Numbered from the stretch's first letter, positions 1 through 8,749 are shown. The stretch: DNA of 32,000 nucleotides from an uncultured Erysipelotrichaceae bacterium (GCA_942492995.1 OW818653.1:180001-212000); one strand, 5' to 3'. Translations and numbers: made by a program. The notes: generated by a model from the letters alone, not told the origin.

Positions 1-668
1 GTAGTGTATGTGATAGTGGAGACCTAATTCTCCCATTCGGAAGTGCAGAACGTGCGTTAGAAGCGATTTATGAGCGTGCTAAGGTCATTGTAAAGGATAA
101 GAAGATTCCTTTTATGATTGGTGGCGAACATACTGTAACCTATGGAAGTGTTCATGCAGTATTTGAAGAACACCCTGATTTACATATTATTCATTTTGAT
201 GCACATACTGATTTAAGAGATACTTACTATGGCGAATATTATTCACATGCGACTGTGTTAAAACGTTGTTACGACTTGGTTGGAGATCACAAAATTTTCC
301 ACTTTGGTTTACGTTCTGGAGCTCGTGAAGAATTCGTGTTTGCACAAGAACATAGTTATATCGAAAAGAGTTCATGTGATACATTAGTTGATATCTTGCC
401 GCAATTACAAGGGAAACCAGTGTATATTACGATCGATCTAGATGTATTAGACCCTTCCAATTTCCCGGGTACAGGTACACCTGAAGCAGGTGGAATTAAC
501 TTTACACAATTATTAAATGCAGTACTCGCAATGAGTCATTTAAATGTAGTTGGAATAGATGTGAATGAATTATCACCAATATACGATCAATCAGGCGCTA
601 GTACAGCACTTGCTTGTAAGTTAACACGTGAAATTCTTATCGCAGTTTCAAAAAATAGAGCTAAATAA
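1..668 (+). CDS. speB: agmatinase (arginase/ureohydrolase family), 5' end truncated by window edge
   Basis: The reading frame is open from the window edge (frame 3, SVCDSGDLILPFG...) to TAA at 666-668. Ureohydrolase Mn-binding motifs are present: HFDAHTDL, IDLDVLDP, GGI and NELSP. Confidence 0.85.
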   Translation, partial: SVCDSGDLILPFGSAERALEAIYERAKVIVKDKKIPFMIGGEHTVTYGSVHAVFEEHPDLHIIHFDAHTDLRDTYYGEYYSHATVLKRCYDLVGDHKIFHFGLRSGAREEFVFAQEHSYIEKSSCDTLVDILPQLQGKPVYITIDLDVLDPSNFPGTGTPEAGGINFTQLLNAVLAMSHLNVVGIDVNELSPIYDQSGASTALACKLTREILIAVSKNRAK

Positions 669-690
669 CACGGATTTCCGTGTTTTTATT
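668..690 (+). terminator. rho-independent terminator after agmatinase gene
   Basis: Hairpin ACACGG-ATTT-CCGTGT (668-683) is followed by a T-run (TTTTTATT) and overlaps the speB stop codon. Confidence 0.6.
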
Positions 691-700
691 AAGGAGAAAA

Positions 701-1126
701 ATGTTTAAATTTAATCACAAAAAATGGATAAAGGTTATTTTCTTTATATTAAGCTCAATAACAATCATTAGAAGTCTAATTCATATTTTAAGCGTGGATG
801 GTGGTGCTAATAGTATTGCGGGTATTCCTTTAGATTTGTATCCAAGTGAAGCGAGTCAAACGATAATATTTATGTTCGCAATGTGGGGTATATCTCAACT
901 AATAATTGGTTTATTTTATATGTATGTACTTTTTATAAAACCAAATTTAGTTCCATTAATGTTATTAAGTTTAACACTTGAATATGCATTAAGAATTCTA
1001 ATTGGTCAGATTAAACCGATTGTTACGACACATACAGCACCAGGTGCATATGCAAACTATATTATGATTCCATTAAGCATTATTCTATTTTTGTGTTCAA
1101 TAAAAAAACAACCTAAAGTTGTTTAA
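701..1126 (+). CDS. hypothetical integral membrane protein (about 4 hydrophobic segments)
   Basis: ATG at 701 is preceded by AAGGAG (691-696). The track start, GTG 680, lies inside the upstream terminator hairpin. The sequence is hydrophobic with no recognisable family motif. Confidence 0.65.
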   Translation: MFKFNHKKWIKVIFFILSSITIIRSLIHILSVDGGANSIAGIPLDLYPSEASQTIIFMFAMWGISQLIIGLFYMYVLFIKPNLVPLMLLSLTLEYALRILIGQIKPIVTTHTAPGAYANYIMIPLSIILFLCSIKKQPKVV

Positions 1127-1829
1127 TTAAGTCATTATATTCATCATCACTTAGAATACGATACTGACCTTTATTTAGATTATCTAATGTAAGATTCATA
1201 ATACGTATTCTTTTTAGATAAACTACTTTAAATCCTAACTCAGAACACATACGACGTATTTGTCGATTTAATCCTTGTTTAAGTGTTATTTTAAAATTCT
1301 TTTCACCAATAATTTTAACGGTACAAGGATTTGTAACAGTCATTTCGTTTTTAACAGGGTTGAATATTTCTACCCCTTGTTCCATAGCGTATTTAAATTC
1401 ACGATCGATTGGTTTATGAACATAGACAACATATTCCTTTTCATGTTCATTTTCTGTTCTTAATATTTGGTTTACGATACTTCCATCATTGGTTAAGAGA
1501 ATAAGTCCTTCACTTTCCTTATCTAAACGACCAATTGGGAAGACTCTTTCTGGGTAATTCACCGCATCAATAATGTTGTCTTTAACATCCGGTTCACTTG
1601 TACACGTAATTCCAGCTGGCTTATAGTATGCGAGTGTCACAAATTTCTGTTTCGCTTTTAATACTTTATCGTCCACACTAACTTCATCATCTTCATTCAC
1701 ACGCATACCTAAAACCGCCACGACACCATTTACTTTTACTCGTTTTTCTTCAATAAGAGTATCAGCTTCGCGTCGCGAACATAATCCTGTTGCGCTAATA
1801 TAATTGTTTAATCGTACTTGGTTTTCCAT
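1113..1829 (-). CDS. rluF: rRNA pseudouridine synthase, RsuA/RluF family (S4 domain plus PseudoU_synth_2-like core)
   Basis: The N-terminus VRLNNYISATGLCSRREADTLIEEKRVKVNG resembles the E. coli RluF S4 domain. The catalytic Asp motif GRLDKESEGLILLTNDG is present. An AGGA SD lies 6 nt upstream of the ATG. Confidence 0.8.
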   Translation of the reverse strand: MENQVRLNNYISATGLCSRREADTLIEEKRVKVNGVVAVLGMRVNEDDEVSVDDKVLKAKQKFVTLAYYKPAGITCTSEPDVKDNIIDAVNYPERVFPIGRLDKESEGLILLTNDGSIVNQILRTENEHEKEYVVYVHKPIDREFKYAMEQGVEIFNPVKNEMTVTNPCTVKIIGEKNFKITLKQGLNRQIRRMCSELGFKVVYLKRIRIMNLTLDNLNKGQYRILSDDEYNDLIKQL

Positions 1830-1850
1830 AATCTATCCTATTATGACATA

Positions 1851-1880
1851 AAAAAAGAATAATCCAAGAGGGTTATTCTT
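1851..1880 (-). terminator. rho-independent terminator of the three-gene operon (minus strand)
   Basis: On the minus strand, AAGAATAACC-CTCTT-GGATTATTCTT (one bulged base) is followed by TTTTTTT. It overlaps the stop of the 853-aa gene. Confidence 0.6.
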
Positions 1881-4442
1881 TTATTGATATAAATTCAATG
1901 GTGCAGGACTTGCGGTACTACGTGAAGGTTCGATAATTAATTCACCACTTCGAACTAATTTAACAAATATCTTAGCAAGAATTGGATCGAATTGTTTACC
2001 TGCATTGCCTTCAATTTCATCTAGTGCGTAATCTATACTTAAATGCGTCTTATAGTGTCGATTAGATGTAATTGCGTCAAATGCGTCTGCTACTGCGATA
2101 CAACGAGCCGCAAATGGTATATTTTCACCTTTAATACGACGTGGATATCCACTTCCATCCCATCGTTCATGATGTCCGACTACTGCTGGAATAACATGTC
2201 CAAATGAAGGTAAGTATTTAATGATTGTGATCGACATATCAACATGCATTTTCATAACTTCATATTCTTCATCGTCTAAGCGTGTAAATTTCGTTAAGAT
2301 GTGTTCAGGTATACCAATCTTACCAATATCATGTAAGAGGGAAGCCTGACGAATCATTTCAACTTCATCTTTTTCAGCGCCTGCTTCTTTCGCAATCGCT
2401 GTCGCATATTGTGCAACACGTTGACTATGACCAAATGTATAATGGTCTTTCGCATCAATCGCTGCAGTTAATGCGTAGATTGTGGCCATATTCATTTCAT
2501 CTGAAGCTGAATCATTAACTTTTTGATCATGAATATCAGGATTGAAGATTACGGATTTATTCTTACCTGTAATTTTAGCGTAACGTAATGCGGCTGTCGC
2601 TTTCGCAACTAAATCTTTATCATCACTTGCGATTGAAGGAGCAGAACAGATACCAGTTGAAATTGTAATATTACGCGTAATTTCATTACCCTTAGCCATT
2701 GAAGTTGTTTCTACACGTTCTCTAATTCTTTCGGATAATTCATAAGCAGTTCTAGAATCTACGTATGGAAGAATGATAGCGAACACGTCACCACCATATC
2801 GACAAATTGTACCTTTTTCTCCATTCACAAAACGTATTGCGTCTGAAACGCGTTGTAATACTAAGTCACCTGCATAATGTCCATATATTTCGTTGAATAA
2901 CGCAAACATATCGATATTGATCATTATGAGTGAAACCATCTGTGAACGTAAATCTTTAGTTAATTTTTGAAGCTGTTCAATAAAGAAACGATGATTGTAT
3001 AAACCAGTCAAACTATCCATAATCGCATCTTGTTGAAATTTCTCAAACATACGTGCGTTAGACATAGCGATTGCGGCAGTTGCACATAGTGTCGAAACTG
3101 CATTAAGATCTTCATTACTTAACAAAGTAGCGTAATCTTTTGATGAAATGATTAACATCCCAATAATTTCGTTGTTATATTTAAGCGCAACAGCAGCTTC
3201 AAATCGAATAAGGACTAAATCTTGACGTTCTTTTTCCCATAATGTTTTAAAGATTGGATGTGTAGCTAGATATTCTTCTTTAATAACATCATTAAACTGT
3301 AAGAACCATTGAACAAATGGATGATTTTGACGAATGTTTAAACTCAAACGATTCAATTTCTTACATGATGCGTAGTATGAATAATCATCATTTTGACTAT
3401 TCTTAAAGAATATTGCGACTTCATCATTATTTGTTAGTTGATATACAACTTTTAATAGTTCTTGAACTAAATGTTCTAAGTTTAAGTTATTCGATGCGGA
3501 TAATGTAAAGTTTTTAATTAGATTGTTCTGGTGATTTTCTTTCTTATAGAAATAGTTATCAACTAAACGATGGATTAAACTGAATAATGGTTGGAATATG
3601 ATGATGGTTATTAAGCTTGTTAGTAATACGAATATTTCGCGACTTAATCCATTATTGAATTGATCAAAGAAATCTAACAATCCATTAACGAGTAATGCGA
3701 CACCACCAAATAATACAGTCATAATCAATGTAAAGATTAAGGTACGCGTTACAACAATTCTTAACTCAACAACATGTTCTTTATAAATCGCGTACATGAG
3801 TAAGGAAGATGTAATAATACCTGCTGCAAAATCCACAGGGTATTTACCAACAGCGGGTAGTACATTTAATGCGAAACCAATATATAGAATGAATAATCCT
3901 AATAATACAGGATATAAACGCTTCGTATTTTTCACACCATGTTTAAACGCATTACGCATTTTTAATAAACTACTTGATAACAAGATAAACATGATTCCAA
4001 ATGCAGGATAGGCCAATATACCAAGTTGATAGGAAACTTCTTTATAAACTTCACCAGATGAATTGGTTAAAGTCAAAATCTCTGCAGAACTAACAGTAAG
4101 ACCTAATGCATGCATAGCGATTAATCCAATTATAACGATTGACCAACCTAATACATGTAGTTTCTTAACTTGGGATGTGAATATACTGATAAATATATAG
4201 GAGAAATAAGGAACAAATGTTATACATGCGGTCATTACGCGTGACCAGAACAATACATTTGGTGCGAATTCAGCTTTCATTAAGAGTGAGGATGCCGCCC
4301 AGAATATCATTACTGCGACATACAACATAAATGAAACGATTAACTTATCTTTTTTGGAAATAGCGAGCATGAAAAAGAGCATTGCGTTAATAACCAATGC
4401 AAGTGTCGGTAATCCCCAATAGATAAGGTTATGAATTACCAT
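1881..4442 (-). CDS. multi-pass membrane sensor with GAF, degenerate GGDEF (GGDVF) and HD-GYP domains (probable c-di-GMP phosphodiesterase)
   Basis: Residues 1-295 hold about 8-9 hydrophobic segments, and residues 320-470 look GAF-like. The GGDEF-domain hallmarks are DSLTGLYNHRFF, NIDMFALFNEIYGHYAGD and RYGGDVF. The HD-GYP hallmarks are LLHDIGKIGIP and HHERWDGSGYP. SD TAAGGAG lies 5 nt upstream of the ATG. Confidence 0.85.
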   Translation of the reverse strand: MVIHNLIYWGLPTLALVINAMLFFMLAISKKDKLIVSFMLYVAVMIFWAASSLLMKAEFAPNVLFWSRVMTACITFVPYFSYIFISIFTSQVKKLHVLGWSIVIIGLIAMHALGLTVSSAEILTLTNSSGEVYKEVSYQLGILAYPAFGIMFILLSSSLLKMRNAFKHGVKNTKRLYPVLLGLFILYIGFALNVLPAVGKYPVDFAAGIITSSLLMYAIYKEHVVELRIVVTRTLIFTLIMTVLFGGVALLVNGLLDFFDQFNNGLSREIFVLLTSLITIIIFQPLFSLIHRLVDNYFYKKENHQNNLIKNFTLSASNNLNLEHLVQELLKVVYQLTNNDEVAIFFKNSQNDDYSYYASCKKLNRLSLNIRQNHPFVQWFLQFNDVIKEEYLATHPIFKTLWEKERQDLVLIRFEAAVALKYNNEIIGMLIISSKDYATLLSNEDLNAVSTLCATAAIAMSNARMFEKFQQDAIMDSLTGLYNHRFFIEQLQKLTKDLRSQMVSLIMINIDMFALFNEIYGHYAGDLVLQRVSDAIRFVNGEKGTICRYGGDVFAIILPYVDSRTAYELSERIRERVETTSMAKGNEITRNITISTGICSAPSIASDDKDLVAKATAALRYAKITGKNKSVIFNPDIHDQKVNDSASDEMNMATIYALTAAIDAKDHYTFGHSQRVAQYATAIAKEAGAEKDEVEMIRQASLLHDIGKIGIPEHILTKFTRLDDEEYEVMKMHVDMSITIIKYLPSFGHVIPAVVGHHERWDGSGYPRRIKGENIPFAARCIAVADAFDAITSNRHYKTHLSIDYALDEIEGNAGKQFDPILAKIFVKLVRSGELIIEPSRSTASPAPLNLYQ

Positions 4443-4451
4443 CTCTTCTCC

Positions 4452-6059
4452 TTACGCTTTCCCTTTTAAATTGCTAGTCTTAAGTACTTCAGTCACATCG
4501 AAATGTGAAGGATTTACTCTAGCCATCTTATGCTTAATACTTTGTGTATAGTTTTTAATCGAACCATTTGGTAGAACAACTACTTCTAACGGTTCAATTC
4601 CTAACATTTTCTTTAAACTCTTATAGTCATCATCTAGGTATTTAAAGTAAACTTCTAAATGTTCCTTGATTAGTTCAGGATCTTCTAATCCTAAACTATT
4701 ATCTTTTAAATTCAATTCGATATATAAAGCCATATAAGGTCTCTTTTGATCATTATATCGTTTACATGCGAACCAATCTTCAATGTTTAACTTCGATAGT
4801 TTAATAACTTCATTAATCGTACCTTCAGTAATACGTGTAAATCCAGCTAAGTCTATAACAGGATCAACGCGATCAATGTATTCAAAATGAGGTAGATTTA
4901 TACCATCTTGTTTACGTTTTAAGCTTATACACTTAAATACATCACCAATTCTATAACGTGCAAATGCACCACCTTTAAGTGTGGTAATAACAATTTCATA
5001 ATAATGATCCGGTTTTAACTCGTTCATCAAATATGTTTTAGGTACATACGTTGGATCTTGTAAGTTTTTATAGAACTCTTCCATAGGAATAAATTCATAG
5101 AAACAAACTTCAGGGAAGAAAATTAATCCACTCTTACTCCAAGATTCAGTCCCGATACACGTTGCCTCAGTACCACCAAATATTTCAAGAGGTCTAACTC
5201 CCCAATATTCTTCAATTTTATCTTTGAAATGAGCAGTATCAGTACCTGCACATACAAATCCTTTAAGTTCGAATACATCTTTTGGATACATTGGACGTTT
5301 TTCAATTCTTGTACGAACTTTAGCACGTGCAAATTTAACCAATTGTTTAATATCAAATGATAATAGATTTAATCCATTTGATGAAGTTCCACCTTCCGCA
5401 AAGTTTTCACTCATACGTAAGATAACACTACTTAAACCATAGAATAATCCAATGCCTTTTTGAATCCCCATCTTAAAGCCAACTTTATTACGATCGCCAA
5501 AAGACATTTTATTACCTGCATCAATACCAGGCATGAAGTTTACTGTATATTCACCTTGTAAAGTATAAGGTAATAAACCAGTAATATAAGGTAGGGGAGC
5601 CATTCCATTTAGAAAATTCATATTCGATTTTAAATCAAAATGACCTTTACGTTTACTCGTCGCCAACATAATACATGTGAACGCGATTTCACGATGAGAC
5701 GCTATCATACTTGCGGAATATGGTGCTACTTTAACAGGAGCTTTACCACCTTCCCAAGTAGTCTGAATCCAAACAACAGGTTCAGCTGGTAATACTTTTG
5801 TATTTTTCGGAAGTAAATAATCCGCATAGTCTTCATAATCTGTTAAAGGAACGATACGTCTGAATTCATCAGGATTACGTGGCTTTTGGCCTTTCATAAT
5901 CTTTTGTCCAAGTTCACAGTTAGCGTATAGTTCGATTTGTTCCATTAATAATTGGTTTTGAATTTCCATAAACTCATGTAAATTCATATCCAAAAAATTA
6001 CAGTAACGCTGCCATATTTCTTCTTTGCTTTTAGTTTTAAGCATTTGATCAAAATTCAC
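4452..6059 (-). CDS. GH3-family (auxin-responsive GH3-like) acyl-acid amido synthetase homologue, ANL superfamily
   Basis: GH3-like blocks are present: FRRIVPLTDYEDY, YEIVITTLKGGAFARYRIGDVFKC and PHFEYIDRVDPVIDLAGFTRITE. The start is GTG at 6059 with a GGGGA SD inside the end of the upstream gene. The P-loop-equivalent is atypical (TTWEGGKAPVK). Confidence 0.7.
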   Translation of the reverse strand: MNFDQMLKTKSKEEIWQRYCNFLDMNLHEFMEIQNQLLMEQIELYANCELGQKIMKGQKPRNPDEFRRIVPLTDYEDYADYLLPKNTKVLPAEPVVWIQTTWEGGKAPVKVAPYSASMIASHREIAFTCIMLATSKRKGHFDLKSNMNFLNGMAPLPYITGLLPYTLQGEYTVNFMPGIDAGNKMSFGDRNKVGFKMGIQKGIGLFYGLSSVILRMSENFAEGGTSSNGLNLLSFDIKQLVKFARAKVRTRIEKRPMYPKDVFELKGFVCAGTDTAHFKDKIEEYWGVRPLEIFGGTEATCIGTESWSKSGLIFFPEVCFYEFIPMEEFYKNLQDPTYVPKTYLMNELKPDHYYEIVITTLKGGAFARYRIGDVFKCISLKRKQDGINLPHFEYIDRVDPVIDLAGFTRITEGTINEVIKLSKLNIEDWFACKRYNDQKRPYMALYIELNLKDNSLGLEDPELIKEHLEVYFKYLDDDYKSLKKMLGIEPLEVVVLPNGSIKNYTQSIKHKMARVNPSHFDVTEVLKTSNLKGKA

Positions 6060-6062
6060 TAG

Positions 6063-6632
6063 CTAGTTCCCCTTTAGTAATGTAGTACGAAAGCGTCGGA
6101 AACTTTCCTTATTAATTATTAGGAAAGGTGTTGTTTTTTGATAATCTGTATAACCAATAAGTGTTTTTGGAAAGAAATATCGATCTTGAACCCAAACATG
6201 GATAATATCCATTATTGTCCAAAGAATCGTTGCATAAAACATCATCCACTTCCCACTAGCCAAAAATAGAAAGAAGTAAGAGAAGAAGAATCCCCAAACA
6301 CCAGGATGTCTGCACAATGCATAAAAACCGGTATCAACGACTTTATTGCCTTGACCGGAAACATAGGTGGATTTGAAGGGAAGTGCGCCAAAGAGTGCAT
6401 AAAACATCATGCATGCGCTAAGAAATGATAAGACGATAAAAACAATATTTAAATTATTTGGTAAAACAAAATCGGAGGTTTGGTTGAAATATATTGTGCC
6501 TGTAGAAAACACAAGTAAAGCCACACCGACTGAGAATAAACTATTTATCCAAGGATGAATCTTCTTTACTTTGTTAAAATCAAAGAGGTATAATACGCCA
6601 AATCCTACACATCCCCAAAGTAGAGCTTCCAC
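6063..6632 (-). CDS. integral-membrane methyltransferase-family protein (ICMT/PEMT-like)
   Basis: It has about 5 TM segments. VVDTGFYALCRHPGVWGFFF matches the G.Y...RHP.Y.G block of isoprenylcysteine carboxyl / phospholipid methyltransferases. The C-terminal part is VQDRYFFPKTLIGYTDYQKTTPFLI. The start is GTG with an AAGGGGA SD. Confidence 0.6.
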   Translation of the reverse strand: MEALLWGCVGFGVLYLFDFNKVKKIHPWINSLFSVGVALLVFSTGTIYFNQTSDFVLPNNLNIVFIVLSFLSACMMFYALFGALPFKSTYVSGQGNKVVDTGFYALCRHPGVWGFFFSYFFLFLASGKWMMFYATILWTIMDIIHVWVQDRYFFPKTLIGYTDYQKTTPFLIINKESFRRFRTTLLKGN

Positions 6633-6658
6633 ACAATTCCCCTTATAGCCGTAAATGA

Positions 6659-6687
6659 ATTATAAACCAACATTTTTTTACATACAA
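6659..6687 (-). promoter_or_regulatory. candidate sigma-A promoter for the ICMT-like/GH3/c-di-GMP operon
   Basis: The minus strand reads TTGTAT (6687-6682), a 17-nt spacer, then TATAAT (6664-6659). This sits about 25 nt upstream of the GTG start. Confidence 0.4.
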
Positions 6688-6780
6688 CATTTTATTAATC
6701 AATATGTTCTAAATGTATATAAAATTGACACAAATTTAACAAAAATACTTAAGTTTGTGAAAAAAATATAATACAAGTGT

Positions 6781-6803
6781 AAAAAAAACTCCCGAAGGAG
6801 TTT
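6781..6803 (-). terminator. rho-independent terminator of the GntR/ABC operon
   Basis: On the minus strand, AACTCC-TTCG-GGAGTT is followed by eight T. It overlaps the permease stop codon. Confidence 0.7.
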
Positions 6804-7587
6804 ATTCTAATTCTAATTTGTGATCATTCAACCAGATTGATCCAGCGATTAATCCAACACTTATCAATCCAAAGTAGAGTAAATCTAATCCATACATTAA
6901 CCAATTGATTTCGAAGCCATAATTATCGTTATATAACAACCAATCAGCAAGTACATTCGTATTAATATTATTAAATATGAAGTTAAGTACTAGATAAACA
7001 ATAATTCCAATTAATAATTTCTTGTTTGATACATAACTCGTATTTACGAATACGACAGTGATTAGAATCAATGAACAAGCGTATAGAATATTAACAAGAG
7101 TTTGTGGGAATGTAATCAATAATAATCTAATCGCTTCTGGAATAATCGTATTCCAAGGGATTTGATTCCAAATATATTCAAAGCGAACAAATTCAACTTT
7201 TATTAAATCCCAATTTAGTAACGTCCATAAACCAGCAAATAAAGAAGTCGCAATCAGATAAACCAATAAAGTGAGTAGTACCCAAATACCAGCAGTCACA
7301 ATCTTAGATATGAAAGTCTCAAATGTTGAAACTGGAAGGGTAAAGGTTAAATAACCTTCTTTAGAATATAATCGATTTGTAAATAGTTTAATAATTGTAA
7401 GCGTCAAGATAACCGATGTCGCAATAAATAGTGCAAAGAAAGGTAATACAGTCACAACTGATAACCATTCTCTTTCTGGGTTAACAGAAATTGCGGCTAT
7501 TATCGCAAATAAGCATAATCCTGCATATAGAGGAAACAACTCACGGTAACTTGATTTAATATCATTCTTGATTAATTTAATTAACAT
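6802..7587 (-). CDS. ABC-2-type transporter permease (YtrC/D-like membrane component)
   Basis: It has about 6 hydrophobic segments, overlaps the upstream ATPase gene by 7 nt, and has no soluble-domain motifs. Confidence 0.65.
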   Translation of the reverse strand: MLIKLIKNDIKSSYRELFPLYAGLCLFAIIAAISVNPEREWLSVVTVLPFFALFIATSVILTLTIIKLFTNRLYSKEGYLTFTLPVSTFETFISKIVTAGIWVLLTLLVYLIATSLFAGLWTLLNWDLIKVEFVRFEYIWNQIPWNTIIPEAIRLLLITFPQTLVNILYACSLILITVVFVNTSYVSNKKLLIGIIVYLVLNFIFNNINTNVLADWLLYNDNYGFEINWLMYGLDLLYFGLISVGLIAGSIWLNDHKLELE

Positions 7588-8270
7588 TTGAAGACCTCCT
7601 TAAATAATTCATCAATTGACTTATTGTGTGTTGAACGGATTTGATCAACATCATCGCATAATACAACTTCACCATCTTTTAGAAATACTACTGTATCGAA
7701 GATTTGTTCAATCTCGGAAATAATATGTGTAGATATAATTACAAGTGAGTCAGACGCATAGTTATCAAGAATTGTATTCAAGATTAATTCACGTGCTGCT
7801 GGATCTACACCACCAATCGGTTCATCAAGAATGTATATCTTAGCTTTACGTGACATAACTAGAGCTAATTGGAAACGTTCTTTCATTCCTTTAGACATTG
7901 TCTTAATGGATTGTTTAGAATCAAGTTTCAATTTTGATAACAAATCACGCATTCTCGTTTCATCAAAATCCACATACATATCCTTAAATAATGTAATCGC
8001 TTTTTCACCTGTCATCCAGTCTGCCAAATATGTTTGATCAGGTAAATAAGAAATTAAACTCTTACTATGTACGCCAACACCCTGATTTTCAATTAACACT
8101 TCACCACTATAGTCTCTTAATAATCCATTTAATATCTTTATTAATGTTGTTTTACCTGAACCATTTGGTCCTAATATCCCAACAATTTGACCTGGTTTTA
8201 AGCTTAATGAAACATTCTTTAATGCCTCAGTTTGCTTGTAGCGTTTACTAACGTTTTTTAGTTCAATCAT
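7581..8270 (-). CDS. ABC transporter ATP-binding protein
   Basis: It carries Walker A GPNGSGKTT, a signature-like MSKGMKER, Walker B IYILDEP and an H-loop STH. It overlaps the GntR gene by 4 nt. Confidence 0.9.
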   Translation of the reverse strand: MIELKNVSKRYKQTEALKNVSLSLKPGQIVGILGPNGSGKTTLIKILNGLLRDYSGEVLIENQGVGVHSKSLISYLPDQTYLADWMTGEKAITLFKDMYVDFDETRMRDLLSKLKLDSKQSIKTMSKGMKERFQLALVMSRKAKIYILDEPIGGVDPAARELILNTILDNYASDSLVIISTHIISEIEQIFDTVVFLKDGEVVLCDDVDQIRSTHNKSIDELFKEVFKC

Positions 8271-8638
8271 TTGTTATTCCTTTCCCTAAATGCTTGATTT
8301 ATATAGTTCATACTTTCTTCTTGAGTAACTTTGAGTTGATTGATTTCATCTACGAAGGTTTCGACTTTATCCATAATCATTTGTTTTCTTAAACTTTGAA
8401 TAAGTTCTAAATCATCTGAGACAAATCGACCAACCGTCCGATCGCTTTTAACCAAATCGAGTCGCTCTAATTCACTTAATGCTCTTTGTACAGTATTTGG
8501 ATTCACTTGATACTGAATCGCTAAATCACGTACAGTTGGAAGTTGTTGTTTAGGAAGTAATACCTCAGAAACAATTTCTTTTTTAATCCTCTCCATAATT
8601 TGAAGATAGATTGGTTGAGTAGATTGGAATTGATCCAT
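8267..8638 (-). CDS. GntR-family transcriptional regulator, short YtrA subfamily
   Basis: At 123 aa it has a winged-HTH, LPTVRDLAIQYQVNPNTVQRALSELERLDLV, and only a short C-terminal helical extension. It is the first gene of an operon with an ABC ATPase and permease. An AGGAG SD is present. Confidence 0.85.
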   Translation of the reverse strand: MDQFQSTQPIYLQIMERIKKEIVSEVLLPKQQLPTVRDLAIQYQVNPNTVQRALSELERLDLVKSDRTVGRFVSDDLELIQSLRKQMIMDKVETFVDEINQLKVTQEESMNYINQAFRERNNK

Positions 8639-8650
8639 AAATCTCCTTTC

Positions 8651-8686
8651 TGTATTATTGTATTAGACACTTAATACAATAATACA
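8651..8686. promoter_or_regulatory. perfect 15-bp inverted repeat, the probable YtrA/GntR operator
   Basis: TGTATTATTGTATTA (8651-8665), spacer gacact, then TAATACAATAATACA (8672-8686). Each arm holds two GTATTA direct repeats. The repeat overlaps the candidate -10 (TATTGT, 8681-8676) of a minus-strand TTGACA(8704-8699)-17-TATTGT promoter. Confidence 0.65.
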
Positions 8687-8697
8687 ATAGTAGAATG

Positions 8698-8728
8698 TTG
8701 TCAACACCTTTTTGTGAAATGTTATAAT
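8698..8728 (+). promoter_or_regulatory. candidate extended -10 promoter for the Fpg/Nei-like gene
   Basis: TGtTATAAT at 8720-8728 has TATAAT at 8723-8728. TTGTCA at 8698-8703 gives a suboptimal 19-nt spacer. It lies back-to-back with the GntR promoter. Confidence 0.45.
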
Positions 8729-8749
8729 AATTAAAAAAGAGGGATATTT

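Noticed and set aside
1113-1126. A 14-nt 3' overlap of the convergent membrane-protein and rluF genes with no terminator between them.
   Set aside because: Short convergent overlaps are common in compact AT-rich genomes (the TTAATTAA stop-rich palindrome). There is no structural element to interpret.
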